From contig JAZSQY010000005.1 in assembly GCA_045538225.1 (NCBI GenBank), positions 1-39,624 of the forward strand: 39,624 nt of DNA. Direction: 5' to 3'. Position numbers and translations under genes: made by a program. The stretch comes from Clostridia bacterium (GTDB lineage: Bacteria > Bacillota > Clostridia > Christensenellales > UBA1242). Below are positions 10,290-20,190 of this stretch, one piece after another (within the stretch, counting starts at the first letter, position 1; each line of letters begins with the position of its first letter). Under the pieces are notes generated by a model that had not been told where the DNA came from, did not search any database, and saw only the letters and a program-made list of their open reading frames with translations.

Positions 10290-10840
10290 TTCCTCTCCTT
10301 TTTTTTGTTTTTAATTATACGTTCCAATCCCTCTTTTACTGCCTGTTTATAACAATAAGGATATGGAATATAATCATTTTTTTCTTTCATAAATTCAGTA
10401 ATAAACTTTTCATAAGGAACATACTTAACATCAGCAACCTCATTTAACGGCAAACGTAATTGAGTTAAGTCAATTTGTTTTTTTATAAAATATAAATACA
10501 AAAACTCTTTGGCTGGTTGTCCATTCTCAATGGTTCCACTTTTTAACATAATGTCACACTGTATACTTTCCACATTCCAAACTAATCCAAGTTCTTCTTG
10601 GTATTCCCGTTGTAGCGCTTGCAAAGGAGTTTCACCGGCATCAACATGTCCTGCAACTGAAATATCCCACTTGTTCGGAAAATACTTTTTTTCTGGGGAC
10701 CTTAACTGCAACAAAACATTTTTTCCATCTGTAATCCACAAATGTACACTTTTATGCCAAAAACCCTTTTTATGGGCAATATCTTTTTCAAGTTTTCCTA
10801 GATAATTCATTGACTCATCATAAATGTCAATTTCTGCCAT
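10286..10840 (-). CDS. NUDIX hydrolase (IDI-like subgroup)
   Basis: WHKSVHLWI ... AGHVDAGETPLQALQREYQEELGL Nudix box. Confidence 0.8.
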   Translation of the reverse strand: MAEIDIYDESMNYLGKLEKDIAHKKGFWHKSVHLWITDGKNVLLQLRSPEKKYFPNKWDISVAGHVDAGETPLQALQREYQEELGLVWNVESIQCDIMLKSGTIENGQPAKEFLYLYFIKKQIDLTQLRLPLNEVADVKYVPYEKFITEFMKEKNDYIPYPYCYKQAVKEGLERIIKNKKKERK

Positions 10841-10846
10841 TACGAT

Positions 10847-10875
10847 AATTTAACATATAACATTAATGTTATCAA
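10847..10875 (-). promoter_or_regulatory. Putative promoter, TTGATA-17-(TGt)TAAATT, 6 nt upstream of the ATG at 10840 (leaderless candidate)
   Basis: -35 at 10875-10870, TG at 10855-10854, -10 at 10852-10847. No SD in the 6 nt before the ATG. Confidence 0.55.
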
Positions 10876-10889
10876 ATAAAATGCTTACA

Positions 10890-12854
10890 TTAACAATTAA
10901 CTTGGTATTTTTTTATCAACGTTTCAAATCTTTGATTAAATTCATTAGAATCGAAAATTTCTTTGTCGTACTCCTCTTCTGAATGTTGGACAAACTTTTT
11001 TTTATTTACTGCCACTGTTTTAATAATGTCATCGGTATTTAAATTAAGATTTCCATTTCGCGATAACAAAAGATACCCATCTTCAAACTTTTTTAAGTTC
11101 AAGACAATGTTCTGATTTTTCAAAGCATAAACAACACTTTGGGTCATTGGAACTTCTTTCGGTGTTGAATCAAAATCACATTGCATATAATCCTTAATTT
11201 CCTGATAACATTTAGCTAAGGCTTCTTGTTCACTTACTCCGACCCCCACAGCGTGTCGCCAATCCCCAAACTCATCTTGAAACAATATATTGCTTTTTGC
11301 GGTATAGATTAATTTTCTCGTATTTTTACTATAAGATAACTGAATAAATAGTTCTTGATTGCCGACATTAATACTTAAAAACTTGTAAGCATATTCATAA
11401 TTAAATTGTTTTTTTAAAAATGCATGTTTAATATCTTGCAAGAAATTTGCTACCAGCCTGTCCCTTACAACCAAAATCGCTAACAAATAAATTACAAACC
11501 CCACTGCTATAATCAGCAAAGTGTTGAAAAAACTTGGGGCCAGATAAGAACTTAACGGTCCAATCACTAAACACATCGCAACACTAGCGACTAACGGTTT
11601 TAATGATGACCCAAAAATCCGCTTCAGTGATAACTTTTTCGCCACCATACATAACATTACCAATAATATTACAAACTCAGAAATAATCATTGTTACCACA
11701 GCACCAACAGACCCAAACCAATAGATTAAAGGAATATTTATAATAAAACTAAGAAACACACCAATTAAAATTGCCCAAACATATTGTTTATCATTTTTAT
11801 TTGGCAGTAAATATTGCTCACCCAGTACAGTACTTAATGCAATTAATAAAATTAAAACAGACATTAATTGCAGTAACAAAATACTTTTATGAAAATTCTC
11901 ACCCAAAAACCATGGAATAAAATTCCCTGCCACAAAAAACAAACCACAAACAACAGGCATTCCCAAAAGCCATATAAAGTGCATGGCCTTATAATTATTT
12001 TCCTTAACACGATTAATATTTCCTCGGATGACTTCGCTTGAATTATGAGGCAACATCACGATGCTGACACAATTTATAAAGACTATAATATCCTTAACAA
12101 TTTTTTCGGCTTGCGCATAGAAACCATTTTCAGCATCGGATTGTACAATAATTCCAAGAAAAAAATTATCACACAAATTGTAAACACTTAAAGCTAAGGT
12201 TGGAATAAATAAAATTAACGCTTTTTTTAAATGTCGATATGGTTTAAGATCTTTCAATTTAACTTTTACTAAATTTTTCTTAAGAAAGAAAAATAAACAT
12301 AAATTTGTACATATTGCAACCAAAGAATTTAATAAAACCAAAACCCATGTATCGTTCGGGTCCTTAACAAAAATGAAAATTCCTAAAACACTAAAAATTT
12401 TAACTAAGAGATTTATGAAAATAACTTTACCAAACTCTTCATTCCCGTAAAAAAAGAAAGAAATATCAATAGCAACAGACAAAATATCTAAAACAAAAAT
12501 TAAAATCAAATTTGAATAACTTCCATAAACTCCACTAAACAACAAAATAAAATTAACAGCTAATACTAACACAACACCAGTCAATCTACATAAAATAATC
12601 TCATAAAAGACCTTACTTTTTTCTACAAGATTATCTCTATGTTTAGCAATTTCTCGCCTCGCAAAGATATTAAAACCCAACGATGCAAAAATAACCCAGT
12701 ATGAATTAGTCGTATAGGCAAAACTATACTTACCTACACCATTTTCACCTAAAATTTTTGCAATATACGGAACAGAAATAATACTTACCGTTACCAAAAT
12801 AATTTGATATAGCATATAGAAAATCGTATTATTTTGCACCTTTGACTTAGACAT
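10890..12854 (-). CDS. Wzx-type polysaccharide flippase (MOP superfamily) with a soluble C-terminal extension of about 180 aa
   Basis: About 12-14 hydrophobic segments over the first 480 aa or so, typical of oligosaccharide flippases. The ATG at 12854 (MSKSKVQ) has GGTGGAAG upstream; the track's longer start is 12872. It overlaps the stop of the upstream gene. Confidence 0.75.
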   Translation of the reverse strand: MSKSKVQNNTIFYMLYQIILVTVSIISVPYIAKILGENGVGKYSFAYTTNSYWVIFASLGFNIFARREIAKHRDNLVEKSKVFYEIILCRLTGVVLVLAVNFILLFSGVYGSYSNLILIFVLDILSVAIDISFFFYGNEEFGKVIFINLLVKIFSVLGIFIFVKDPNDTWVLVLLNSLVAICTNLCLFFFLKKNLVKVKLKDLKPYRHLKKALILFIPTLALSVYNLCDNFFLGIIVQSDAENGFYAQAEKIVKDIIVFINCVSIVMLPHNSSEVIRGNINRVKENNYKAMHFIWLLGMPVVCGLFFVAGNFIPWFLGENFHKSILLLQLMSVLILLIALSTVLGEQYLLPNKNDKQYVWAILIGVFLSFIINIPLIYWFGSVGAVVTMIISEFVILLVMLCMVAKKLSLKRIFGSSLKPLVASVAMCLVIGPLSSYLAPSFFNTLLIIAVGFVIYLLAILVVRDRLVANFLQDIKHAFLKKQFNYEYAYKFLSINVGNQELFIQLSYSKNTRKLIYTAKSNILFQDEFGDWRHAVGVGVSEQEALAKCYQEIKDYMQCDFDSTPKEVPMTQSVVYALKNQNIVLNLKKFEDGYLLLSRNGNLNLNTDDIIKTVAVNKKKFVQHSEEEYDKEIFDSNEFNQRFETLIKKYQVNC

Positions 12855-15354
12855 CTTGTACTTCCACCACATTATTATTTTTTATAAATGTCTTAATGGC
12901 ATTGGCAATTCTATATATAACCTTCCAAGTAAAATTGAAAAACGGGAAACAAAATAAAAATACTTTTAGTTTCAAAAATTTTAATAATCTACATTCAAAC
13001 TTCATATACAATGAAGAATATTTACTTTTAATTATATAATTACATAAATCATTATCAATTAAATCTTTCGAAAGTAAAAATATCTCCTTTCTCTTTTTTT
13101 TATTCATTAATCCCCAGCCTAAAACCAAGTTGAAAGATACTAACCGCATACTGTATTTAGAATACTGAAACTCACTCGAATATTGACTTTCTAATGTGTT
13201 TTTTTCTGATTCTGTTAAATGGTCGAGTAATTTTATGTGATCTGTTACTTTGTTTAAAAAATCAGGTGATTTAGTCGCGGATGTAGCGTGCCTTACATAA
13301 TGATATAAATCTTCATTAACAAAAACTGTTTTTTCGGCTTTCAAAGCCACTTTTAATTGATATAACCGATCCTCACCAATCTTCATACCTTCTTCAAATT
13401 TGATACTTTTTGCAAGCTCCGCTTTGTAAATTGAATTCCAAATTGTATTATTTATTTTATTTTTTAAATTTAATTTGATTGTTTCGGATTGATCTATATT
13501 ATTTAAATTCAATAATCGTCCTGTTCTAGAAACTTTTTTCCCTTTTAAATTGATATCATCATATTGACACATACCAACATCAGCATTTTCATTCAACATT
13601 TTAGTTAAAATTTTCTGATGCATTTGCAACTCAAAATCATCGTCAATATCTATAAAGGAAATATAATCACCGCTTGCATACTCTAAACCTAAATTTCTGG
13701 CATGCGAAACTCCTTTATTTTCTTCTAAATTAATTAACACAATTTTATCACTATACTCTTGCAAAAGCTCCAATGATTTATCGGTTGATCCATCATTGAC
13801 AACAATAACTTCCTTTTTCAATGGAATTTGCAATACTTTCTCAAGGCATGTCTTAATAAATCTTTCACCATTAAAGACTGGTACAATAACTGATAATTTA
13901 ACGTTAGAAAGCAAGGCTTCATCAATTATATTTTTTTGCAACTCTCTATTGTTTTTTTCATTAGCCCTACGCGATAAGTTATCAAGAAAACCAATAGCAG
14001 CCAACACCAGCACCAGTCCAGCAAAATCAAAATATAAAATTTCAACCAGCAAGAACATAAATAAAGGAAGTATCAAAATCACTGAAGATAAGTAATTTTT
14101 AAAATTTTTAAACTTTTTCCAATTAATCGCGCCTAAAAACATTAAAAGATAAAAGACAAAGCCAATTAATCCATTTTCCCACAGTTTTTGCACCAAAATG
14201 TTATGGGAGTTCAAATTACCTATTTCTCTTCTGGAAATTCCACGACCCAAAAGAATTGACATTGGTGACGATGACCAATCCATCAAGTAGTATTTAATCA
14301 TATCTGTTCTACTAAGTGCTGCTGGAAGATTACCCGCTAATAATTCCTTTAAGATGCTTTCGTCATTTATACCCGGGACAAGCCCCGGAATATAAGACTC
14401 GTAATATGCCATATCGAACCGCACAAAAAATGTATGCGTCACATCATTAAATACCAAAGCCACAACTCCGATGATTAAACCCAATATAAATAAAAGCGTT
14501 AACGACGAAATTATATGTTTTCGCTTTAGTAATTCAAAAATCATATATAAAAACATCAATACAGCAATTGTGATAACAAAAGTTCTCGAAATGGTTAAAT
14601 ATCCAAAAATAAATACAGGAATAAACAATATTAAAAATTCTAATAAAGAAATGTTGTTTTTATGTTTCATAAGCACCAAAGCTGAAACGGCAACTAAAGC
14701 CAATCCAGCAAGTTGCATCGGATGAGTTGTTAAACCTTGATAACGGATCATACCTGTTTCTGATAGTGTTATCTGAATATATGAAGCAATAAAAGGTGAT
14801 ATTTTATAATACAAACCAAAGACGCATGAAATTATAATTCCTGAAATGAAAACACGAACCAAGTAGCCAAACTTAATTTCTTTCCTTTCTTCAAAAACTA
14901 CATACAAAGCCAAAAATGAAGCTACCTCATGAACTAAATCCAGCCATTCACATACATGAAATGGTAAAGCGAGATAAACCAAAAACAAAATTAATGGGAT
15001 AAATATTTTTAGATTGATTTTTCTTTCTTTTCTTATCACGCGCAATAAATATAATAAGAAAACAGATATTTTTAATGCATCTAGTATAAAAAACAAAAAA
15101 CTAGAAAAAAAAAGTACTCCGGCTATATGCACAGATACTGTACAGATTTGAAATGTTGTAAAAAAACAATAAACAAATAAAATCAAACCAAGAATCTTGG
15201 TTTCATTACGCAAAAAGAAAGCAAACAGAAAAATAAAGATTGACGCAAGAAACGCAAATGGAGCCGAAAAACACGCACCAAAAATTAAAATTGATAATAT
15301 TACGTAACCGGCAACGTCCGGATTATTTTTAATTATCGTCCACAGTTTCTTCAT
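12847..15354 (-). CDS. Fusion protein: O-antigen ligase/polymerase-like (Wzy_C-type) polytopic membrane domain plus family 2 glycosyltransferase
   Basis: The N-terminal 470 aa or so are polytopic membrane. They are followed by the GT2 signature LSVIVPVFNGERFI...VVNDGSTDKS...NKGVSHARNLG...YISFIDIDD. Confidence 0.8.
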   Translation of the reverse strand: MKKLWTIIKNNPDVAGYVILSILIFGACFSAPFAFLASIFIFLFAFFLRNETKILGLILFVYCFFTTFQICTVSVHIAGVLFFSSFLFFILDALKISVFLLYLLRVIRKERKINLKIFIPLILFLVYLALPFHVCEWLDLVHEVASFLALYVVFEERKEIKFGYLVRVFISGIIISCVFGLYYKISPFIASYIQITLSETGMIRYQGLTTHPMQLAGLALVAVSALVLMKHKNNISLLEFLILFIPVFIFGYLTISRTFVITIAVLMFLYMIFELLKRKHIISSLTLLFILGLIIGVVALVFNDVTHTFFVRFDMAYYESYIPGLVPGINDESILKELLAGNLPAALSRTDMIKYYLMDWSSSPMSILLGRGISRREIGNLNSHNILVQKLWENGLIGFVFYLLMFLGAINWKKFKNFKNYLSSVILILPLFMFLLVEILYFDFAGLVLVLAAIGFLDNLSRRANEKNNRELQKNIIDEALLSNVKLSVIVPVFNGERFIKTCLEKVLQIPLKKEVIVVNDGSTDKSLELLQEYSDKIVLINLEENKGVSHARNLGLEYASGDYISFIDIDDDFELQMHQKILTKMLNENADVGMCQYDDINLKGKKVSRTGRLLNLNNIDQSETIKLNLKNKINNTIWNSIYKAELAKSIKFEEGMKIGEDRLYQLKVALKAEKTVFVNEDLYHYVRHATSATKSPDFLNKVTDHIKLLDHLTESEKNTLESQYSSEFQYSKYSMRLVSFNLVLGWGLMNKKKRKEIFLLSKDLIDNDLCNYIIKSKYSSLYMKFECRLLKFLKLKVFLFCFPFFNFTWKVIYRIANAIKTFIKNNNVVEVQDV

Positions 15355-15377
15355 CTTTTTACTTCAACCTACATAAA

Positions 15378-15406
15378 TTATTAGCACAAAAAAAACTTTT
15401 TAGCAA
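15378..15406 (-). promoter_or_regulatory. Putative promoter, TTGCTA-17-(TGc)TAATAA, for the Wzy/GT2-wzx module
   Basis: -35 at 15406-15401 and -10 at 15383-15378 on the minus strand. Confidence 0.35.
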
Positions 15407-15423
15407 GTTAAGGATTAAAACGT

Positions 15424-15876
15424 TTAAGCTTCATCATTTAAATGTTCTTGCGCACGTGCACAACCACAACAGTTTCCCGAGCAAAATTGCATAGTATTGT
15501 TAGTGATTCCGTGCTTATCATAGTAATCCTTAATCGCGGCCTTAATTGCCTCTTCCGCCAAGACAGAACAATGGACTTTGTGCGCTGGCAAACCATCTAA
15601 AGCCTCTACAACGGCTTGGTTTGTCAAAGTAAGTGCTTCATCTAAAGATTTACCCTTTACTAATTCTGTTGCCATAGAACTGGTAGCAATGGCACTTCCA
15701 CAACCAAATGTCATGAACTTTACATCAGTGATGATGTTATCTTGCACTTTAATGTACATCCTCATAATGTCACCGCATTTAGCATTCCCAACTTCCCCGA
15801 CACCATCGGCATCAGGAATTTCACCCACATTACGTGGATTACGAAAATGGTCCATAACTTTTTCACTATAAAACAT
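15424..15876 (-). CDS. iscU: Fe-S cluster assembly scaffold IscU/NifU-like
   Basis: [11 protein letters not shown]...GNAKCGD...FGCGSAIA...HCS conserved Cys ligands. SD GAAAGGAGTAAG. 11-nt overlap with iscS. Confidence 0.9.
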   Translation of the reverse strand: MFYSEKVMDHFRNPRNVGEIPDADGVGEVGNAKCGDIMRMYIKVQDNIITDVKFMTFGCGSAIATSSMATELVKGKSLDEALTLTNQAVVEALDGLPAHKVHCSVLAEEAIKAAIKDYYDKHGITNNTMQFCSGNCCGCARAQEHLNDEA

Positions 15877-17059
15877 GTTTTCTTACTCCTTTCTTTAATT
15901 GATCCCAAACGGGAGACATTTCACGTAAATAATCTACAATTTCAGGAACCTTGCTTATCACATAATCAACTTCTTCTTCAGTCGTATATTTACTTAGAGA
16001 CAAACGCAATGAACCATGGGCAACCTCATGCGGTCGTCCAATTGCTAATAAGACATGCGATGGATCCAAAGATCCCGAAGTACATGCACTACCGGATGAA
16101 GCGCAAATTCCAACATCATCCAGCAAAAGTAATAAACTTTCCCCTTCGATGCCTTCAAAACACATATTAAAATTGTTTGGTAACCGAGATTCTCTGTCGC
16201 CGTTAATTGCACTATGTGGAATTTTACTCAATGCACAAAATAACTTATCCCTCAATCTTGCTTCCACTGCGGCAACTTTTTCTAATTCAGTGATCGCATC
16301 TTGCAAAGCAACCGCCATTCCAAAAATCGCCGGTAAATTTTCCGTACCCGCACGTCGACCACGTTCTTGCGCTCCACCTTCAATTAAATTTGACAAAGCA
16401 ATTCCTTTGCGGACATACAAAGCGCCTATCCCTTTGGGGCCATGAAACTTGTGTCCGGATAAACTAAGCATGTCTATGCACATCTGATCAACATCGATTG
16501 CTACATGACCGACAACTTGCACCGCATCCGTATGGAAAATAATATTATTATCGCGACAAACTTTCCCAATTTCGCTTACTGGTTGAATAGTTCCAATTTC
16601 ATTATTCGCGAACATAATTGTTACCAAACAAGTATCTGGTCGTATTGCCTCTTTTAAATCTTCAATGCGAATTAACCCATTACTGTAAACAGGTAAATAT
16701 GTTACCTCAAAACCCTGCTTCTCTAACATTTTTAAAGTATGTAAAACAGCATGATGCTCAAACAAACTTGAAATAATATGTTTTTTATTTTGACGAATGC
16801 CAATTTGCGTTGCAGCATGAATTGCCCAATTATCACTTTCACTTCCCCCAGACGTAAAATAGATTTCGTCTGGTTTTGCATTTAAACATTTTGCAACCAC
16901 ACCACGCGCAATTTCCAACTTTTCTTTTGCTTGTTGACCAAAAGCATACATGCTAGAAGCATTACCATAAAATTCGTCAAAAAACGGCAACATGGCTTGT
17001 TTTACATTTTCACTAACTTTGGTCGTAGCGGCATTATCTAAATAAACTCTTGGCTGCAT
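15866..17059 (-). CDS. iscS: Cysteine desulfurase (NifS/IscS type)
   Basis: [19 protein letters not shown] (PLP lysine) and SSGSACTS (catalytic Cys) motifs. Start set at the ATG at 17059 ([19 protein letters not shown] upstream). The track's 40-codon extension overlaps the Rrf2 gene. Confidence 0.9.
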   Translation of the reverse strand: MQPRVYLDNAATTKVSENVKQAMLPFFDEFYGNASSMYAFGQQAKEKLEIARGVVAKCLNAKPDEIYFTSGGSESDNWAIHAATQIGIRQNKKHIISSLFEHHAVLHTLKMLEKQGFEVTYLPVYSNGLIRIEDLKEAIRPDTCLVTIMFANNEIGTIQPVSEIGKVCRDNNIIFHTDAVQVVGHVAIDVDQMCIDMLSLSGHKFHGPKGIGALYVRKGIALSNLIEGGAQERGRRAGTENLPAIFGMAVALQDAITELEKVAAVEARLRDKLFCALSKIPHSAINGDRESRLPNNFNMCFEGIEGESLLLLLDDVGICASSGSACTSGSLDPSHVLLAIGRPHEVAHGSLRLSLSKYTTEEEVDYVISKVPEIVDYLREMSPVWDQLKKGVRKHVL

Positions 17060-17129
17060 ATCATTTCCTACCTTTTTAGTATGATATATTATATCGAAAC
17101 GTATTCCCATTGTAAAGTCGTTTTTAAAT

Positions 17130-17525
17130 TTAATCAGCCAACAATGCAGATAAAGAAATATCTTGCAAATAATTATCAATTAAAATATTTAATTTATCCC
17201 AGCATTTGCGAACACGACAATGACAGTCATTGCCACAAGCGTGTTTATCCATACAAGTCACAACAGATAAACTACCTTCTGTTGCGCATAGAATCGCTGC
17301 CACAGTTATTTCAGAAGGGGCTTTTGCTAATTTATAGCCACCACTTGCTCCGCGAAAGCTAATCAACAAACCGGCTTTAACCAATCTTTGCACAATTTGC
17401 TCTAAATACTTTAAAGAAATATGATGCGATTCTGCAACGAATTTCAAAGATAAAACTTCGTCTTCGTGTTCCGCAAATTCAACCATCACTTGTAAAGCAT
17501 AACGACCTTTTGTTGATATTTTCAT
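17130..17525 (-). CDS. Rrf2 family transcriptional regulator (IscR/CymR-like) with a Cys-rich C-terminal region
   Basis: [18 protein letters not shown] winged-helix N-terminus, then [18 protein letters not shown]. First gene of the iscS-iscU operon. Confidence 0.85.
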   Translation of the reverse strand: MKISTKGRYALQVMVEFAEHEDEVLSLKFVAESHHISLKYLEQIVQRLVKAGLLISFRGASGGYKLAKAPSEITVAAILCATEGSLSVVTCMDKHACGNDCHCRVRKCWDKLNILIDNYLQDISLSALLAD

Positions 17526-17533
17526 ATATCATT

Positions 17534-17542
17534 AATATAGCA
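17534..17542 (-). promoter_or_regulatory. Extended -10 element TGcTATATT, 8 nt upstream of the Rrf2 ATG (leaderless candidate)
   Basis: TG at 17542-17541, TATATT at 17539-17534, ATG at 17525. No SD. Confidence 0.45.
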
Positions 17543-17583
17543 CATTTATCCTGGTTTGACCACTTTAAGTTCCATAAAAGTAT

Positions 17584-17611
17584 TTGGTTTTTGATTAATC
17601 GCTTGTATAAT
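17584..17611 (+). promoter_or_regulatory. Putative promoter, TTGGTT-16-TATAAT, 7 nt upstream of the comF ATG (leaderless candidate)
   Basis: -10 at 17606-17611, ATG at 17619. No SD. Confidence 0.4.
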
Positions 17612-17618
17612 TTGAAAT

Positions 17619-18245
17619 ATGAATTGGTTTCCTAATTTTACATGTATGGCTTGCGGTACAGAGATTCAATCTACCAGCAATATTTATCTTTGCCCAAAAT
17701 GTATGGACAACTTGCCAATCATGTCAGAAACACAAACCACACACTTTTCGCCATTTAGCTACGCAGAACCAATTCGCAGCATGATTTTAAGTCTGAAATA
17801 CAATGATAATGGTTTTATCGCCAAAGCACTGGCACCATACTTAGCCGCCGTTTACCTTAAACAAATTGAAAAGTTTTTTGATAAACCGCCAATTATTATA
17901 CCTATACCACTACATCGATCGCGACAAAATGAACGCGGTTATAATCAAAGCGAAGTACTTGCTCGCGAGTTAGCATCATATCTAAATTTAACAATAAATC
18001 CAAACATTCTCATTCGTAAACGCAAAACAGTTATTCAAAAACAAATGGATGCTAAAACACGCGAGATGAACTTGCGTGGAGCTTTTGATATTTCGACAGA
18101 TGGAACAAACCACATCAAAAATCAAAATGTTTTGTTGTTAGATGATGTCTACACAACTGGTGCAACCACTAACGAATGCAAATCAGTTTTACTAGCTAAC
18201 GGAGCTAATAAAATCGTTATCTTAACAATCGCTAGTGTTATTTAA
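17619..18245 (+). CDS. comFC: ComF family protein (phosphoribosyltransferase domain)
   Basis: N-terminal CxxC...CxxC zinc-finger-like pairs and the PRPP-binding motif VLLLDDVYTTGATTNE. Confidence 0.8.
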   Translation: MNWFPNFTCMACGTEIQSTSNIYLCPKCMDNLPIMSETQTTHFSPFSYAEPIRSMILSLKYNDNGFIAKALAPYLAAVYLKQIEKFFDKPPIIIPIPLHRSRQNERGYNQSEVLARELASYLNLTINPNILIRKRKTVIQKQMDAKTREMNLRGAFDISTDGTNHIKNQNVLLLDDVYTTGATTNECKSVLLANGANKIVILTIASVI

Positions 18246-18271
18246 ACCCATTATAGCGCCTACAGTCAAAA

Positions 18272-19354
18272 TTAACGGTTATTAATAACATAACGCGCCA
18301 TTGCATTCAATGTATTTTCTGGGTATGTTTCATCACCCGAAAGAACATCTTTACACTTGATAATCGTACGATCACAAGCATTAGCAAACACATTTGTCGC
18401 GCCATAAATACGATCAAAATTACCACCCGATAAATAAATAATCCGAGCCGTTTCACAATTATTTAAGCGCTCAGCAAAATCATTCAAATGCCCCATCACA
18501 AATTTATTAAACACACTTGCTGGTATTTGTTTACCATTCGCCGAATATTTTTCTTCTAACAAAACTTCAAATGTTGGTGTACATTCTGTTAACAATTGTA
18601 ATGCAGTCTCATAATCAACATTGAAATAATTTACTATTTCCCCAATCAAATAACCTGCGCCTAAATTAAAATGTGACAACTGAGTTACGCCATCACCCAA
18701 AATATTCGCCATAGATGTTGAAAAGAAATCACTGCGCACCAAAGTACAACCTGCATCACGAACTTTAACTGGAATCATATATAACTCACATGCCGCAATC
18801 GAAATAAACTTATAATCCATAAAACCAGCACGACGAATTGAATTCAAATCAAACATTTGCCTAAACTCTTGATTAACCGTCAAGGCAGTTGCAACCATCT
18901 CTACACCTTTGGTTTGAGAACCCAAAACATCAATCAACACTTCATCGTATTCTTCTAGTTTATAGTAAAGAGCTTTTTTCTTGATGATGTAAGCATTGTT
19001 TGTATTAAACGCAATTTCACTCCATAAAGTATCAATGTGGTGTCGATTAATCTTTGTCACATGGTCGAAAGCAATCGCGCTTGACTGTGTTTGCACTTGG
19101 CAAAATTGATTTGAAACGCCAATGTGAAGCGTCATGGGAACATGACTAACCCCTTTTGACATTTCCATTATGACCGCATTAGCAGTTGCCATAAAATCCA
19201 CAGGGTCATTAAAATTACTTTCCATAATCCCTGTATATTCTTTGCGCACTGTGACCAAAGGAGTTACACTTTCCCCACAATTAACACGCACAATCCTTCC
19301 AATTATTTGCATATCATCAAAATACAAAATTGCAATCAAATTATCATTTTTCAT
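18272..19354 (-). CDS. ftsA: Divergent FtsA-like actin-fold protein (nucleotide-binding motifs degenerate)
   Basis: Lies immediately downstream of ftsQ. Collinear by eye with FtsA (GCTLVRSDFFSTSMANI vs G.ALIDIGGG.T; IIYLSGGNF vs .VLTGG.A). The ATG at 19354 is preceded by GGGGGTGA; the track's GTG start is 19369. Confidence 0.6.
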   Translation of the reverse strand: MKNDNLIAILYFDDMQIIGRIVRVNCGESVTPLVTVRKEYTGIMESNFNDPVDFMATANAVIMEMSKGVSHVPMTLHIGVSNQFCQVQTQSSAIAFDHVTKINRHHIDTLWSEIAFNTNNAYIIKKKALYYKLEEYDEVLIDVLGSQTKGVEMVATALTVNQEFRQMFDLNSIRRAGFMDYKFISIAACELYMIPVKVRDAGCTLVRSDFFSTSMANILGDGVTQLSHFNLGAGYLIGEIVNYFNVDYETALQLLTECTPTFEVLLEEKYSANGKQIPASVFNKFVMGHLNDFAERLNNCETARIIYLSGGNFDRIYGATNVFANACDRTIIKCKDVLSGDETYPENTLNAMARYVINNR

Positions 19355-20138
19355 TTTTGTATATTTCACCCCCTACAGCCGTTTGCACAATGTTATCTTT
19401 ATAACTAGTAAAATAATAACCATTGGCTTGATTTAGTTCCTGCTTAAAAATTTGGTCAGTATATTGCAATGCATATAAAAAGTTTTCCCCGTTTTTGAAA
19501 TTAATTTCAATTTCAAAAGTCACCCCAGATTTAATATTCAAAACAGCTCTCACGCGTTCTGCACCTATTTCTTTTTCATCATTTTTATATGTTATTTCAA
19601 ATCCAGCCAACGATGGAAAATAACTTGCGATAATTTTTAATTGTTCAATTTTTTGTTGATCTTGCTTATTTTTCCCTGTTACCACATCACCAACTGCAAA
19701 ATCATCCCGCGCCAATTCTAATGCTGCACCAGTAATATCAATGCAACCAGGAACAGGATTTTGACTCACAACGCACATTTCCGCGTCAAAGTACATCTTA
19801 TTGTTTTGATCGCAATAAATCGGCACACGACGAGCAACTTTTAAAATTACACGATTCGGGAATTTTGCGGTTATCGATTGCAATTTTATTATTGGATTAT
19901 ACGATTTAATTTCTTCCGCAATTTTATCTTTGTTTAAATTAAAAAGAATGTTTTTACCCTTCACACCACATTGATTTATAATTTCATTTTTTTCTTCATC
20001 GGAAAATGGTTCGGCCGCAGCTACCGTTAAATCCTCAATTTCAACATCACGTACAACAAAAATAGTGCCACATGTAATCCAAACAAATGACAAAACAATG
20101 AAGACAATTAACATTGTTAGTAAAACACGATTCTTCAT
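19344..20138 (-). CDS. ftsQ: Cell division protein FtsQ/DivIB-like
   Basis: Single N-terminal TM (VLLTMLIVFIVLSFVWITCGTIFVV) followed by a POTRA-like segment VRDVEIEDL. Position between the mur genes and the ftsA-like gene. Confidence 0.7.
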   Translation of the reverse strand: MKNRVLLTMLIVFIVLSFVWITCGTIFVVRDVEIEDLTVAAAEPFSDEEKNEIINQCGVKGKNILFNLNKDKIAEEIKSYNPIIKLQSITAKFPNRVILKVARRVPIYCDQNNKMYFDAEMCVVSQNPVPGCIDITGAALELARDDFAVGDVVTGKNKQDQQKIEQLKIIASYFPSLAGFEITYKNDEKEIGAERVRAVLNIKSGVTFEIEINFKNGENFLYALQYTDQIFKQELNQANGYYFTSYKDNIVQTAVGGEIYKNEK

Positions 20139-20146
20139 GCCATTAT

Positions 20147-20175
20147 ATTATAAGTCACACCATAAACTAGGTCAA
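20147..20175 (-). promoter_or_regulatory. Putative promoter, TTGACC-17-TATAAT, 8 nt upstream of the ftsQ ATG (leaderless candidate)
   Basis: -35 at 20175-20170, -10 at 20152-20147, ATG at 20138. Confidence 0.55.
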
Positions 20176-20182
20176 ACATAAT
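20154..20182 (+). promoter_or_regulatory. Putative promoter, GTCACA-17-CATAAT, 8 nt upstream of the murA ATG (leaderless candidate), interdigitated with the ftsQ promoter
   Basis: -10 at 20177-20182, ATG at 20191. No SD. Confidence 0.35.
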
Positions 20183-20190
20183 ATGAATTA

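Noticed and set aside
17060-17179. 40-codon N-terminal extension of the cysteine desulfurase ORF (the track's start at 17179).
   Set aside because: The extension overlaps the 3' end of the Rrf2 gene and has no homology-like pattern. The ATG at 17059 gives the canonical [14 protein letters not shown]-terminus and has an upstream SD.
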